This document shows, one piece after another, positions 11,011 through 21,689 of a stretch of DNA of 64,000 bases; position 1 is the stretch's first letter, and each line of letters starts with the position of its first letter. Both the position numbers and the translations under genes were made by a program. Source of the stretch: Picochlorum sp. SENEW3 (taxonomy: Eukaryota); assembly GCA_034226945.1 (NCBI GenBank), contig CP120457.1:496001-560000 (forward strand), written 5' to 3'. A model generated the notes under the pieces. The model had not been told where the DNA came from and ran no database searches. It worked only from the letters and a program-made list of their open reading frames with translations.

Positions 11011-11472
11011 ACCGCGGTACTACGTATATATACTTGGTTTCTATTCTCTATCGATGACTACTACTGTGCATGATTTTTTGATAAAAAGAATGACGACGAA
11101 ACGAATGATGAACCGGTGTATAAATACTCAAGTACAAGCTTGTCTGCTCTACTCTATTTAAGGAGTATTTTTAAGTATTCGTATTACGGACTCATGTCCC
11201 AACCGAGGAGACATGATTGGTACTACTGTATGGGTCCGTAACTGTACCCATGTCATAAAAATACGGAATAGGTACGCATATTGTATGTCATATCCCCAAT
11301 AGAAGAAGAAGTGAAAGAAATAACAACAGTCTGTTGTTCCTGGTTGTTGTTGCGTGATTTGAAAAAAAATTGACCAGATCGTCTTGGTAATTTGATTTGA
11401 CTGCAGAGTTTATTTTCTCACACAGTGACAGTGCTCGACTGAAGTGAGTATAGTAAAAATCATCATCTCAGT

Positions 11473-12906
11473 ATGTGTCAGCAGCAGATGCAATCGACTC
11501 GTGGGACGAGAAGGAGGATGAAGAAATCGGCGAATACACATCCGAAACAGCAGCAGCATGCTGCTGGGGAATCTAATGGAGCGACAGAGCATCAGAATGG
11601 TGCGAGTCATGTGTCTGTTGTGGTTTCTAAAAAAATACGGAATGCGAAAAAGAGGTTGGCGAAGGCGGAGGAGATTCAGCGGAAGGCAGACTCTGGAAAG
11701 GAATTGAACGACGATCAGCAGCTGGCGTTGAAACATGTGGATCGGGTTACAGGCTTGATTGAAGAGCTTGAGAAACTGTGTGGGGTTTTGGATGAGGCTG
11801 TTGAGAAGGATGTGCAGGTGGCGGTGGAGAAGAAGGAGCAGCAGATGGTGGAGGAGATGGAGAGGGTGATGAGGGAGAAGGAGGTGTCGTCGAAGAATGC
11901 GATCAAGGCTGCTGTGAAGAGGGCAAAGGCGGAAGGTTTGAATAGAGTGAAGCAGTTGGAGAGGAAGATGGAGGCTGAGAGGAAGTCTGCCATGGTGGAA
12001 GGGGCTCAAAAGATGGTGGAGTTTTTGTATATGAGTGCCTTGTTTGATCCGTTCATGCCGTATCAGGTGGAGAAGACGGCGGTGATGAATTTCATGAAGG
12101 ATTCAGGGGATGATTGTGTGGATGTAGATGCGCAGCGGGCCATGGCGGAGAGGTTGGATATGATTGGTGTGCTTGGGAAGATGATGACGAGTCAACCGTT
12201 GCATGCTGGATTGAGCCATGAGGAGGGTGTGACGCAGTGTCAGGAGATTGCAAAGCAGTATATTGATGGAGATGATGGGGAGGTATTGAATGGGACGATG
12301 ACGAGGGCAGAGGTGATTGGGTTGGTGGAACGGGTGAAAGGTTTGGGGTATTACAAGGTGCCTGTGGCTCCACCGGTGAGTGCGACGGTTCCACCGCCGC
12401 CTCCACCGCCTATGGAAGCTCATGTTTCTGAATATCATACGTTTCCAGAGTATGTGACTCCTGAAGCAGCAGCAGCGACTGGTCAGAATGTGTTGAATCA
12501 GTTCTTTGCTCCTCCAGTGCAGCCTGGATTGGATGCGGTTGGGTATGATGGTCTTGGAATGCACGAGGTGGTTGAGGAGCACCGTGAGATGCAACATACT
12601 ACTGTTGTAGAGCCTCCGCATTATCAGCCTCAGCCCATACAAGAAGAAGAAGAGGAGCCTCGTGATGATGCTGTCATGAATGGGGAAGAAGAGAGCAGTA
12701 GACAGATTATGAGAAGCAATCGTACGAGAAAGCAGGTGTATTATAAGAATAACAGTAAGAAAAAGAATAGCAACCATGGTGCGTGGAAGGAATCAGCTTT
12801 AGTGAACGATTCAGGATCAAACACAAGGAAATTCCATCGTGGTAAAAAGTATGGTCAACAACAACAACAACAACACAAGCATAGGGAGCAGGATACAGGA
12901 GTTTGA
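11473..12906 (+). CDS. Coiled-coil protein with a caprin-like N-terminal region and a low-complexity C-terminus
   Basis: SKKIRNAKKRLAKAEEI...GKELNDDQQLAL resembles the caprin-1 HR1 N-terminus and plant homologues. Pro-rich and basic tail. Confidence 0.6.
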   Translation: MCQQQMQSTRGTRRRMKKSANTHPKQQQHAAGESNGATEHQNGASHVSVVVSKKIRNAKKRLAKAEEIQRKADSGKELNDDQQLALKHVDRVTGLIEELEKLCGVLDEAVEKDVQVAVEKKEQQMVEEMERVMREKEVSSKNAIKAAVKRAKAEGLNRVKQLERKMEAERKSAMVEGAQKMVEFLYMSALFDPFMPYQVEKTAVMNFMKDSGDDCVDVDAQRAMAERLDMIGVLGKMMTSQPLHAGLSHEEGVTQCQEIAKQYIDGDDGEVLNGTMTRAEVIGLVERVKGLGYYKVPVAPPVSATVPPPPPPPMEAHVSEYHTFPEYVTPEAAAATGQNVLNQFFAPPVQPGLDAVGYDGLGMHEVVEEHREMQHTTVVEPPHYQPQPIQEEEEEPRDDAVMNGEEESSRQIMRSNRTRKQVYYKNNSKKKNSNHGAWKESALVNDSGSNTRKFHRGKKYGQQQQQQHKHREQDTGV

Positions 12907-12977
12907 AAAATTTTTCGAGTGATATGAATGTCTACAGTAAATACTCGTGTAATTTATAGACGTATGACGAATTTAAA

Positions 12978-15900
12978 TTAAACATCTTTATCTTTGGCCA
13001 TCTCAGCAGGTGGGGCTTGCTTGTTGATGAAATTTCTGCCAATGAATTTCAGAATTTCGTCAAGGATGACGACTGGCAAGGCGAACAACAACACAAGGAG
13101 CCACTCATTGATTGACAGTGGAACAATGGAGAAGGTGGTCGCGAAAGTTGGGACGTATAGAATCACAAAGTGGAGACCAAATGAGACTGCCATTGCCATG
13201 AGGAGCCATGGGTTGGACCACACAGGTACCTTCAAGATTGAATTATCTTCTGACAACGCGTTTGCTGCATTGAACATTTCAATTGCAACGAGGACTGACA
13301 GAGATAATGTGGATGCCTTTATTTTTCCCTTGGAAAAGTAGTCACATGGTGTGTCAAAGGACACTGTGCTTGATCCAGCAGTGAATGGAGCAGCCTTGAA
13401 CCCTCTCCATGACTCGCACGATTCCCAATTCCTGAGCTGGTCAAATGTGACCACAGTATGGCCATCATCAGAGAAATCAATGCCCATAAAGCTGTCGTGC
13501 GTGTACCACACCGCAAATACAGCCACAGTAGCAAAGCCAACGTACAGCCCAACGACAAGCCATCTGAACAGAATCCATGGTGTGATGAAGTGCTCGTTCG
13601 AGCGTCTAGGAGGCTTCTGCATGATATCCGGATCAGCCTTATTAAATCCAAGGGCTGTTGCAGGAGGCCCATCGGTCACGAGGTTGACCCACAAGAGTTG
13701 TACAGGCACAAGCCCCTCTGGCAGACCAAGAGCAGCAGACAAGAAGATGGACACAACTTCTCCAATGTTTGAAGAAATCATATATCTAATAAAGGCCTTC
13801 ATGTTGTCATAAATTGATCGACCTTCTTCTACGGCTGCAACGACCGTGGCAAAATTGTCATCTGCCAACACCATATCGGATGCTTGCTTGGCAACCTCTG
13901 TACCTGCAATGCCCATGGCCACACCAATATCAGCTAATTTCAATGCCGGAGCATCATTGACACCATCCCCTGTCATTGCCACGATTTCTCCCATATCCTT
14001 GAGAATTCTGACAATTTCTTGCTTATGGCGGGGCTCTGCACGGGAGAAGCAAATACCTCCTGGCGTGTTCAAGAGATTTTTCTTTTCCAAATCAGGCATT
14101 GCCAGGAACTCTGCCCCAGTGAGTGACGCATCCTCTGTATCCTGACCAGGGGCAAATATACCAATATCCCTACAAACAGCTTCAGCTGTTAATTTGTTGT
14201 CCCCAGTAATCACCATCACCCTAATACCAGCAGAGTGGCATCCTTCTATAGCTTGGGCAACTTCAGGCCTGGGAGGATCTCTCAATCCTGCCAAACCGAC
14301 AAATGTCAAATCAGACTCGATACGTTCATACTTGGAGGGATCTGAAATCAATGAGAATCCTGCATGGCTTTGTGATCCATCATACGTGGCGAGGTCCCCA
14401 AGATCCTCTCCCTTTTTCACTGCCATTGCCAACAAGCGCAGCGCATGTTCGGCTTTATCATCTATTATTTTGGAAAGTGACGACCTCAATTTTGTGTCAA
14501 TTGGTACAATACTTCCATCAGAAAGCATTGCCGTAGAGCATCTCTCCAAAATACATTCTGCAGCACCCTTAACAAACAACATGTTGTCAGCAGAGGTCCC
14601 TGCCTTTCTAGAAGCCTTTCTGGGCGATCTTCTCACGGAATCTTGGCCATTCTGTTCTTCCTCTCCTTCCGAAAGAGGTTTACAAAGAACACTCATCGAT
14701 TTTCTATCGCGGTCAAACTCCAGCGTTGCCACCTTTTTGAATCCCGAGGCATATTCTGTGCACGCCCCCGTTGGATCATGCTTACGAGCAGCCTTTATTC
14801 TGTCCTGCCCCGTTGAGACACCAATCTTTTCCGTCATAACAAGCAAAGCACTTTCAGTGGGTTGTCCAATGGCTTTATATGTATCATGCTGAACCACAAC
14901 CCTAGAGTCATTGCACAGTGCACATACGCGTGCAACTGCCTCCACCGCACTATCAATTGATTTCAGACCAACAACCTCACCACCATCCGGATCGAATGAA
15001 GTTCCTGTCACCTTTAAATCACGCACATCAGTAGTTGAAGCTCCCAGAACCACCAACGTGATGGCACTCATTTGATTTGTTGTCAAGGTACCAGTCTTGT
15101 CTGAACAAATAATAGAGGTGCACCCCAGAGTCTCAACTGATGGAAGCTGTCTCACAATAGCATTCCTCTTTGCCATCTTACGAGTTCCAAGGGCCAAGCA
15201 CGTCGTGATAACTGCAGGGAGACCTTCTGGAATCGCAGCAACAGCCAACGCAACAGCAACCTTGAAGTAAAATGTCGCCTTACCAAACGAGAAAGCAATC
15301 GTTGTGGTGTCCGGAATCCATGTACCTTTAATAAACTTAAAGCTCAAAAAGTGATTGATATTGATGACCCACACCAATATACAAACCCCCAAGATGATCT
15401 TGGCCAAAGCCTCTCCAAACTCATCCAAATTCCTCTTCAACGGAGTATCATCATCTTCTTTGGCAGCCTCCTCAATCTGTTCCTGAATCTTTCCAATTTC
15501 AGTATTCATTCCTGTAGAGTTCACCACACAGATTCCATTTCCACTCGCAATACCAGTCCCAGCAAACAACATGGTATCCTTTGACTGCAACTCACTATGA
15601 ACAGATGTAAGCCCATCAACAGACTTTTGAACTGCCACAGACTCCCCGGTAAGAGCCGCCTGCTCAGCACGAAGAATCGCCGTCTTCATCTCCACAAGTC
15701 TGCAATCAGCTGGTACCCGATCCCCAGCACAAATCTCAATCACATCCCCTGGAACCAACTTTGCTGCAGGATATCCAGCAACCATCTTCCCTCCTCGAAT
15801 CACCTTTGCCGTCTCCGCAGACATTTCCTTCAAAGCCTCCAACGCACTCTCAGCATTCGCCTCCTGCCACACACCAACAATAGCATTCAGAATGAGAATC

Positions 15901-16199
15901 AACAGAATCACCCCAGGCTCCACAAAAGCTCCCACTCCCAACTCTTCCCCTTCAAAGAATGCAAGCCCAAAAGAGATGCACGCCGCCAGCAAGAGAATTT
16001 TGACCAACGTATCATCAAACTGCTCCAACACCATTGCCAATAAAGACGTCGGCTCTGGCTTTTTCAGCTCATTCGGACCAAATTCTTCCAACCGACGCTC
16101 TGCCTCTACATCCACCAGCCCCTCCTTCGCATCCACGTTGTGGTGCTTTAACACGTCTTTAACATCGTGACTCCAAGCTGGATACATCATTGCATTCAT
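12978..16199 (-). CDS. ECA: ER-type (SERCA, P2A) Ca2+-transporting P-type ATPase
   Basis: [67 protein letters not shown]. Confidence 0.97.
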   Translation of the reverse strand: MNAMMYPAWSHDVKDVLKHHNVDAKEGLVDVEAERRLEEFGPNELKKPEPTSLLAMVLEQFDDTLVKILLLAACISFGLAFFEGEELGVGAFVEPGVILLILILNAIVGVWQEANAESALEALKEMSAETAKVIRGGKMVAGYPAAKLVPGDVIEICAGDRVPADCRLVEMKTAILRAEQAALTGESVAVQKSVDGLTSVHSELQSKDTMLFAGTGIASGNGICVVNSTGMNTEIGKIQEQIEEAAKEDDDTPLKRNLDEFGEALAKIILGVCILVWVININHFLSFKFIKGTWIPDTTTIAFSFGKATFYFKVAVALAVAAIPEGLPAVITTCLALGTRKMAKRNAIVRQLPSVETLGCTSIICSDKTGTLTTNQMSAITLVVLGASTTDVRDLKVTGTSFDPDGGEVVGLKSIDSAVEAVARVCALCNDSRVVVQHDTYKAIGQPTESALLVMTEKIGVSTGQDRIKAARKHDPTGACTEYASGFKKVATLEFDRDRKSMSVLCKPLSEGEEEQNGQDSVRRSPRKASRKAGTSADNMLFVKGAAECILERCSTAMLSDGSIVPIDTKLRSSLSKIIDDKAEHALRLLAMAVKKGEDLGDLATYDGSQSHAGFSLISDPSKYERIESDLTFVGLAGLRDPPRPEVAQAIEGCHSAGIRVMVITGDNKLTAEAVCRDIGIFAPGQDTEDASLTGAEFLAMPDLEKKNLLNTPGGICFSRAEPRHKQEIVRILKDMGEIVAMTGDGVNDAPALKLADIGVAMGIAGTEVAKQASDMVLADDNFATVVAAVEEGRSIYDNMKAFIRYMISSNIGEVVSIFLSAALGLPEGLVPVQLLWVNLVTDGPPATALGFNKADPDIMQKPPRRSNEHFITPWILFRWLVVGLYVGFATVAVFAVWYTHDSFMGIDFSDDGHTVVTFDQLRNWESCESWRGFKAAPFTAGSSTVSFDTPCDYFSKGKIKASTLSLSVLVAIEMFNAANALSEDNSILKVPVWSNPWLLMAMAVSFGLHFVILYVPTFATTFSIVPLSINEWLLVLLFALPVVILDEILKFIGRNFINKQAPPAEMAKDKDV

Positions 16200-16639
16200 G
16201 CAAAGGCCGATGGCTCGCTGCTGATCAATCTACACGCGAGTCAAATCAATCACGCCTTTTAGACGGTATCTGACTCTCTTTGACGTCAACGACAGTCACT
16301 GAATCAAAAATTACAAAATTATAATGAATTAATCCATGCAAATGCCGAATGGAGACACAGACAATGTGTGGAGTGTCGCCTGGGCAGATCCCAAAGACGG
16401 AATCTCCCTTGGAAGAGTGAATCACCACGATGCCATCCTGATCTGGGGCTGCAGGAGACAATTAGTCAGCCCATGCATTCCAGATTGGTATATTTTTGAA
16501 TTCATTTGTATCCGAGTATCAGGTATGGTGCCTTGTGCAAGTTTGCTATCCTTGAGTGGTCAACCCATTGCACTGATCAAGGGCGTTTCTGATGCGATGA
16601 TGACTCATTGTCCCAAATATGGATGCAGGTACTATAATC

Positions 16640-18099
16640 ATGGCTGACACAAATTTCCTTTTCACAAGTGGTACGTTGTTAGACTGGGAGATCGGTGGGT
16701 CAGTGTGGGTGGTGCACGTCGATTGACGCCCTTCTTCTGGCTTGATTGGCCTAGATCGGGGAGAATATATGTACGATGTGTGCATGGATCCGATGTCATG
16801 AGGAATTGTGGGGGTTTTGTGGGTGTATAAGCCACCCTCGGGTCTCTGCGTGCCGAGGGTCTGACGGCGGTTGTGAATGATGTTGGTCACCCATCAACGG
16901 AGCTCTCTCATGGTGCATCTTGAATGACGTCCATCTTGCGTGTGTGTTCTGCAGAGTCTGTGAACGAAGGACATCCAGATAAGCTCTGCGATCAGGTGTC
17001 CGATGCCATCCTTGATGCATGCTTGGAACAGGATCCAGAGGCCAAGGTTGCCTGCGAGACTGCTTCCAAGACCAACATGGTGATGGTGTTTGGTGAAATC
17101 ACCACCACTGCCAAGGTTGACTATGAGAAGATTGTGCGTGATACTGTGCGCAACATTGGATTCACCTCTGATGATGTCGGTTTGGATGCTGACAAGTGCA
17201 AGGTTCTTGTCCACATTGAGGAGCAGTCCCCAGATATTGGACAGGGAGTCCACGGCATGGGAACCAAGACCCTCGAGGAGATGGGTGCTGGTGACCAGGG
17301 ACATATGTTCGGATATGCCACCGATGAGACCCCTGAACTCATGCCATTGACACACGTTTTGGCCACAAAGTTGGGATACCGCCTCACTGAAGTGCGCAAG
17401 AACGGAACATGCCCATGGCTCCGCCCAGACGGAAAGACCCAGGTCACTGTGGAATACAAGAAGGAGGGAGGTGCCGTGGTACCACTCCGTGTCCACACCA
17501 TTCTCATCTCTACCCAGCACGATGAGGATGTCTCCAATGATAAGATCAAGGCTGATTTGATGGAGCACGTGATCAAGGCTGTTGTCCCGGAAAAGTACAT
17601 GGATGAAAAGACAATCTTCCACTTGAACCCATCAGGCAGGTTCGTCATCGGAGGACCACACGGAGATGCTGGTCTCACTGGACGTAAGATTATTATCGAT
17701 ACCTATGGAGGATGGGGAGCCCACGGAGGAGGTGCCTTCTCAGGAAAGGATCCAACAAAGGTGGACCGCTCTGCTGCATACATTGCCCGCCAGGCTGCCA
17801 AGTCTGTCGTCGCTGCCAAGCTCGCCCGCCGCTGCTTGGTCCAGATTTCATACGGTATCGGTGTTGCTGAGCCACTCTCTGTCTTTGTCGACACGTATGG
17901 AACTGGAACCCGCCCAGACTCTGAGATTCTCCAATTGGTCAAGAACAAGTTTGATTTCCGTGCCGGTATGATTGGAAAGAACCTTGACCTCAGAAGAGGA
18001 GGAAACAGATACATCCACACTGCCGCATACGGTCACTTTGGACGTGACGACCACCCAGAGGTCTTCACATGGGAAAAGGTTATCCCTCTCTTGGAGTAG
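16640..18099 (+). CDS. METK: S-adenosylmethionine synthetase; exons 16640-16670 and 16955-18099; probable 5'UTR intron 16523-16628
   Basis: Splicing restores [42 protein letters not shown] and TAAYGHFGR are present. Confidence 0.97.
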
Positions 18100-18724
18100 G
18101 TTCTTCTTCCAAGACGAGTGCTGGCAGCACAAACAATACTCATCTGTCCATCAATCATGATTGATGCTTTTGCATTATATATATATATAAGAATGTGTGT
18201 AACTATCTCATTAGAAACATGTTGTGAGTATTATTATCATATGAAAAAAAAGCACGCCATCATCACCGTCTTCTTCTTCTTTTCCTAGAAAGAAGATTGA
18301 TGCAGCTTCTGTTCTTCTGCTGATGTGTCATGGCCACCCACATGATTGATGTAAGCAACCTCGTATTCGTTGATCCACTATTCGTATATGGATCAGTCTC
18401 AAATATTCGTCATAACTATTCAATTACAACCAAGTTTGGATAAAATAAACAGCTAGGAGCGGTTTTCTTTGTCCACTCGGGAGACGTTCAACCGTGCGAG
18501 TCGTTTCTGATTGAACGACCGCAGGCATTGTTCCTATCCCTTGCGGGTTGGTCTAGTTTGGTATTTTTAAATCTTACACTCAGTATCTGTGGGCTATCGG
18601 GGTGAAACAAGTGGATTGGCGATTTCCGCGTTTGTTGTCATTCGGGGGCTTTGAATCGTCTTGACCCGTTGTGAACAGCGGCGACACGAAACCCAGCATT
18701 TGATTATATAGAAGGGATATTTTC

Positions 18725-20581
18725 ATGTCAGAAATCACCCGAGATACTGGCATTATGTCGAGGGAGTGCGCAGAGGAGCCAGAAGTGACGAGGCCGTCCA
18801 AAGGGGAGCACCCGGAGGACGAGGGCCAGTTGACCATACGGGTTGCATGCTGCGACGCCTCATCCTCTGGGGAGAGTTGTATAGGTACCATGGAGGTGGA
18901 CGATGATGATCATGGTGATGTGGAGGGCGTGAATGCTGGGCCATGGCTTGATTTTGGGTCCTGGTTGAAAGTCATACGAGAGGATGATAACCAGGAGGAG
19001 GAGGATGACCAGGAAATGGATGATGATGATGATGATATCACGCCTAGGAATGGGCCTGTACATGGTATGAATAAAAATGGGGCCAAGATTATACAGAAAG
19101 ATTGTAGGATGCAACATGGTCGGCTTGGACCTGGCTATGGACACCAGGAAATATCAGTCATGCTTGGGGCTCCAGGGATATCTGCGGACAAGAATCCTGT
19201 GGTTCCCACAAAGGTGATTGGATCGGTTATCAACGTGCTCAATGAACCATTAGTAAAGGTGGAGGTGGGGGTGTTGACGAGGACAATGAATGCCCCAACA
19301 AGCCTCGTGCCTCGCTCGTATGCTGGACGGGGAACACTGGCATTGTATATTCTCCCTGATGATTCCCTGTCTTTAGTATACAGTGGGACCATACAAAATG
19401 ACAAGGATATTTCTGAGGCTGGAGCGAGTCGCCTTGAAAGAGTGCAGTCAAGTTTGACGTATGCAGAAACGATAGAGTGTGCAGAAATGGAAACAAGCAT
19501 GTTGGAAGAAATTGCACGCTTCCCCCGCTGGAGAGAGGACATGGATAATATTGTAACTCTTCATATGCTGAAAGGAGATAAATCAGGAAGATCATTTTAT
19601 GTGCTTCCAAGTAAAGGGACGGAGCCTCCTGAATTTCCACTGTCTGGGGAAAATCAAGACAAGTTTGGTTCCTTCACCAAGGGGGGCGTTTCTGAAAAAT
19701 CGGCAGCAAATAGGCGACATTACTTTTGGTTGACTGGAAAAAATCTTGAGGATGAGCATCAAGCATTAGGTAAAATGAAGTCGTATATTAAACAGCCTCC
19801 TGGATTTGCTAAAACAGCGGGGATCTCTGAAGGATTGCTCCAGCATCTAAAAGATTGGTTTGCCTTGGTTAGGGAACAAAGCGGGAATGATTATTTATCC
19901 TCTGCTATGGCAATCATGGGACCCATCTTGGGCAGCCAAGCCCCCTCCATGTCTATCAAAACAGCATTCACGCACAATGGAACGCAAATTCAATCAGTGC
20001 TGCACATAGCATCAAACGCATCTGCAATATTCAAAGATCCTAGGTTCAACATTGCATGTACCTGCCGCATTGTAGTATATACGGATATCATCATACAAGG
20101 CAAAATAAGAAATCCCGGAGACCATGATGACATTGCGTTGAAAGAGATTGCAGTGTCAGCATCTCACGAGGGCAGATATGTAGCTGAAATCCTCTCACGC
20201 AGAGCAGTCGAAGCCATCGGTAAACCACGAATACAAGAATTGATATGCGAAGAGCTTATCTTTAAAGCTAAGAAACAGCGTCAGAAAATCAAAGCAGCGC
20301 GACAGAAGAAGAGAGATTTGGAGAGAGGGCGTCTGGCACTCTTGGAAGCCATGCCGCTCATTAAAAAGGCTGTCGCCGGTCTCGACAGGGCGAATCCCAG
20401 CAGTATCGGTACGAGTAACTGTTCCAAAGAAGAAAGTATATCTCTCCGATCGAGTGATAACGTTGCTGACGTCGAACGCATTGTTCTCGATTCGTCCAGC
20501 ACAGATGAGCCAGCATGCAGACATGGTGGCACTGGAAAAATTACAGTCTCAGATTTGCGCGATATTTTCAGCAGCAAATAA
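18725..20581 (+). CDS. Uncharacterised protein with a putative PH/Rpn13-like domain (plant At2g39950-like, recalled); start uncertain
   Basis: 618-aa ORF with an acidic N-terminus. The segment GRSFYV...HYFWL...GKMKSYIKQPP...GISE resembles a plant PH-like family. Confidence 0.55.
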   Translation: MSEITRDTGIMSRECAEEPEVTRPSKGEHPEDEGQLTIRVACCDASSSGESCIGTMEVDDDDHGDVEGVNAGPWLDFGSWLKVIREDDNQEEEDDQEMDDDDDDITPRNGPVHGMNKNGAKIIQKDCRMQHGRLGPGYGHQEISVMLGAPGISADKNPVVPTKVIGSVINVLNEPLVKVEVGVLTRTMNAPTSLVPRSYAGRGTLALYILPDDSLSLVYSGTIQNDKDISEAGASRLERVQSSLTYAETIECAEMETSMLEEIARFPRWREDMDNIVTLHMLKGDKSGRSFYVLPSKGTEPPEFPLSGENQDKFGSFTKGGVSEKSAANRRHYFWLTGKNLEDEHQALGKMKSYIKQPPGFAKTAGISEGLLQHLKDWFALVREQSGNDYLSSAMAIMGPILGSQAPSMSIKTAFTHNGTQIQSVLHIASNASAIFKDPRFNIACTCRIVVYTDIIIQGKIRNPGDHDDIALKEIAVSASHEGRYVAEILSRRAVEAIGKPRIQELICEELIFKAKKQRQKIKAARQKKRDLERGRLALLEAMPLIKKAVAGLDRANPSSIGTSNCSKEESISLRSSDNVADVERIVLDSSSTDEPACRHGGTGKITVSDLRDIFSSK

Positions 20582-20587
20582 ATAAAA

Positions 20588-21406
20588 TTATATATCTACA
20601 ATAACATATACCTCTGCTTTACCTGTCTTCACAGGAGATGTTTCGTAAATCTTCATAGCAGAGTATGTAATTGCCTTGATCTCTGTCCCACAGGCATGTC
20701 GTGCTGGGTCAAACACATCCCCCTTCCCACGCGCGCGTATTCGCCACGTCTCTACATCAAACTCTATAATCTCTAACACTACTGGAACAAAAAAATCGGT
20801 CGAAAATGTGAACAACAGTTCGTCCAACCAATGAAACATTAAAGACTCTGCATCATTCCCAGTCATGACAAACTCTCTCTCCACAACCGACACGCGTGAC
20901 GACGATGCATCATCCTCTCCCGACCGATTCTTCTCCAACAATCCATTCACAATCCCATGCAGAGGCGTCATGTAATTAAACATGCACAGGGCAACCTGTT
21001 CAAATGCCTCTTTCAAAGAATCCCCCCACGCATGTAACTGGACATCAGCTGTATGATCCAGGTATTCAAAGCTCGTCCCATCAGATACGTATGTACCCTT
21101 GGAAGACACTAATGCTTCCACATCTTCACGCGCCATGCTCTCCACATCACACATCACCCTGCCTCCTCCCAGACTGTGCTGGACTCCATCTCCATTCTTG
21201 TCTTCTACCTCTGGCTCTCTTCCTTCACTTGCCGCTGAGGATGGTATACAGCGATTTCTCTTTTTTTTGGATCTTTTTGGCAACACAGAATGGTGCGTTT
21301 GTATCAGATCCTCGCTCTGCCTTTTCACATGGGCATGCCCATGAATATTCTTGTTGTTCGTCGTCACCTCCTTCTCCTCCTCTCGATCCTTCTTCTGTAT
21401 GTCCAT
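20588..21406 (-). CDS. Archease (RtcB tRNA-ligase cofactor) with an N-terminal extension
   Basis: FEYLDHTADVQLHAWG, WLDELLF, GTEIKAITY, and the C-terminal VIVDI. Confidence 0.92.
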   Translation of the reverse strand: MDIQKKDREEEKEVTTNNKNIHGHAHVKRQSEDLIQTHHSVLPKRSKKKRNRCIPSSAASEGREPEVEDKNGDGVQHSLGGGRVMCDVESMAREDVEALVSSKGTYVSDGTSFEYLDHTADVQLHAWGDSLKEAFEQVALCMFNYMTPLHGIVNGLLEKNRSGEDDASSSRVSVVEREFVMTGNDAESLMFHWLDELLFTFSTDFFVPVVLEIIEFDVETWRIRARGKGDVFDPARHACGTEIKAITYSAMKIYETSPVKTGKAEVYVIVDI

Positions 21407-21689
21407 ATTTTGATCAAATTGTGTATGCCAGGTATCCAAAAGGCTGCAATGAACTGATCTGGCATGCCGCATTCAATATCACATGGAAAACATGGAAATT
21501 AGAGATCTCGTGAGAGATCTGCTCCAGCTGAAGAAGGACTCGGCTCTTGCACCGCGTGGCCCCGTGGCCACATGCTGCATTATTTAATAGTACCAGTATT
21601 CATTCGATGAGACCATATTCTGACTGCGAGGGTAGTATTCGTGTAACGAGTTTGGAGGAGACGAGAAAGAAGGCTCGACGTGACGACGT

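Noticed and set aside
16945..16962. METTL16/METT-10 m6A site at the SAM synthetase 3' splice site, as in C. elegans
   Set aside because: The sequence is TGCAGAGTC, not the UACAGARAA consensus.
16894..17678. 242-aa and 185-aa antisense ORFs over SAM synthetase, and similar shadow ORFs over the ATPase and CtpA genes
   Set aside because: Shadows of highly biased coding sequence with no recognisable domains.
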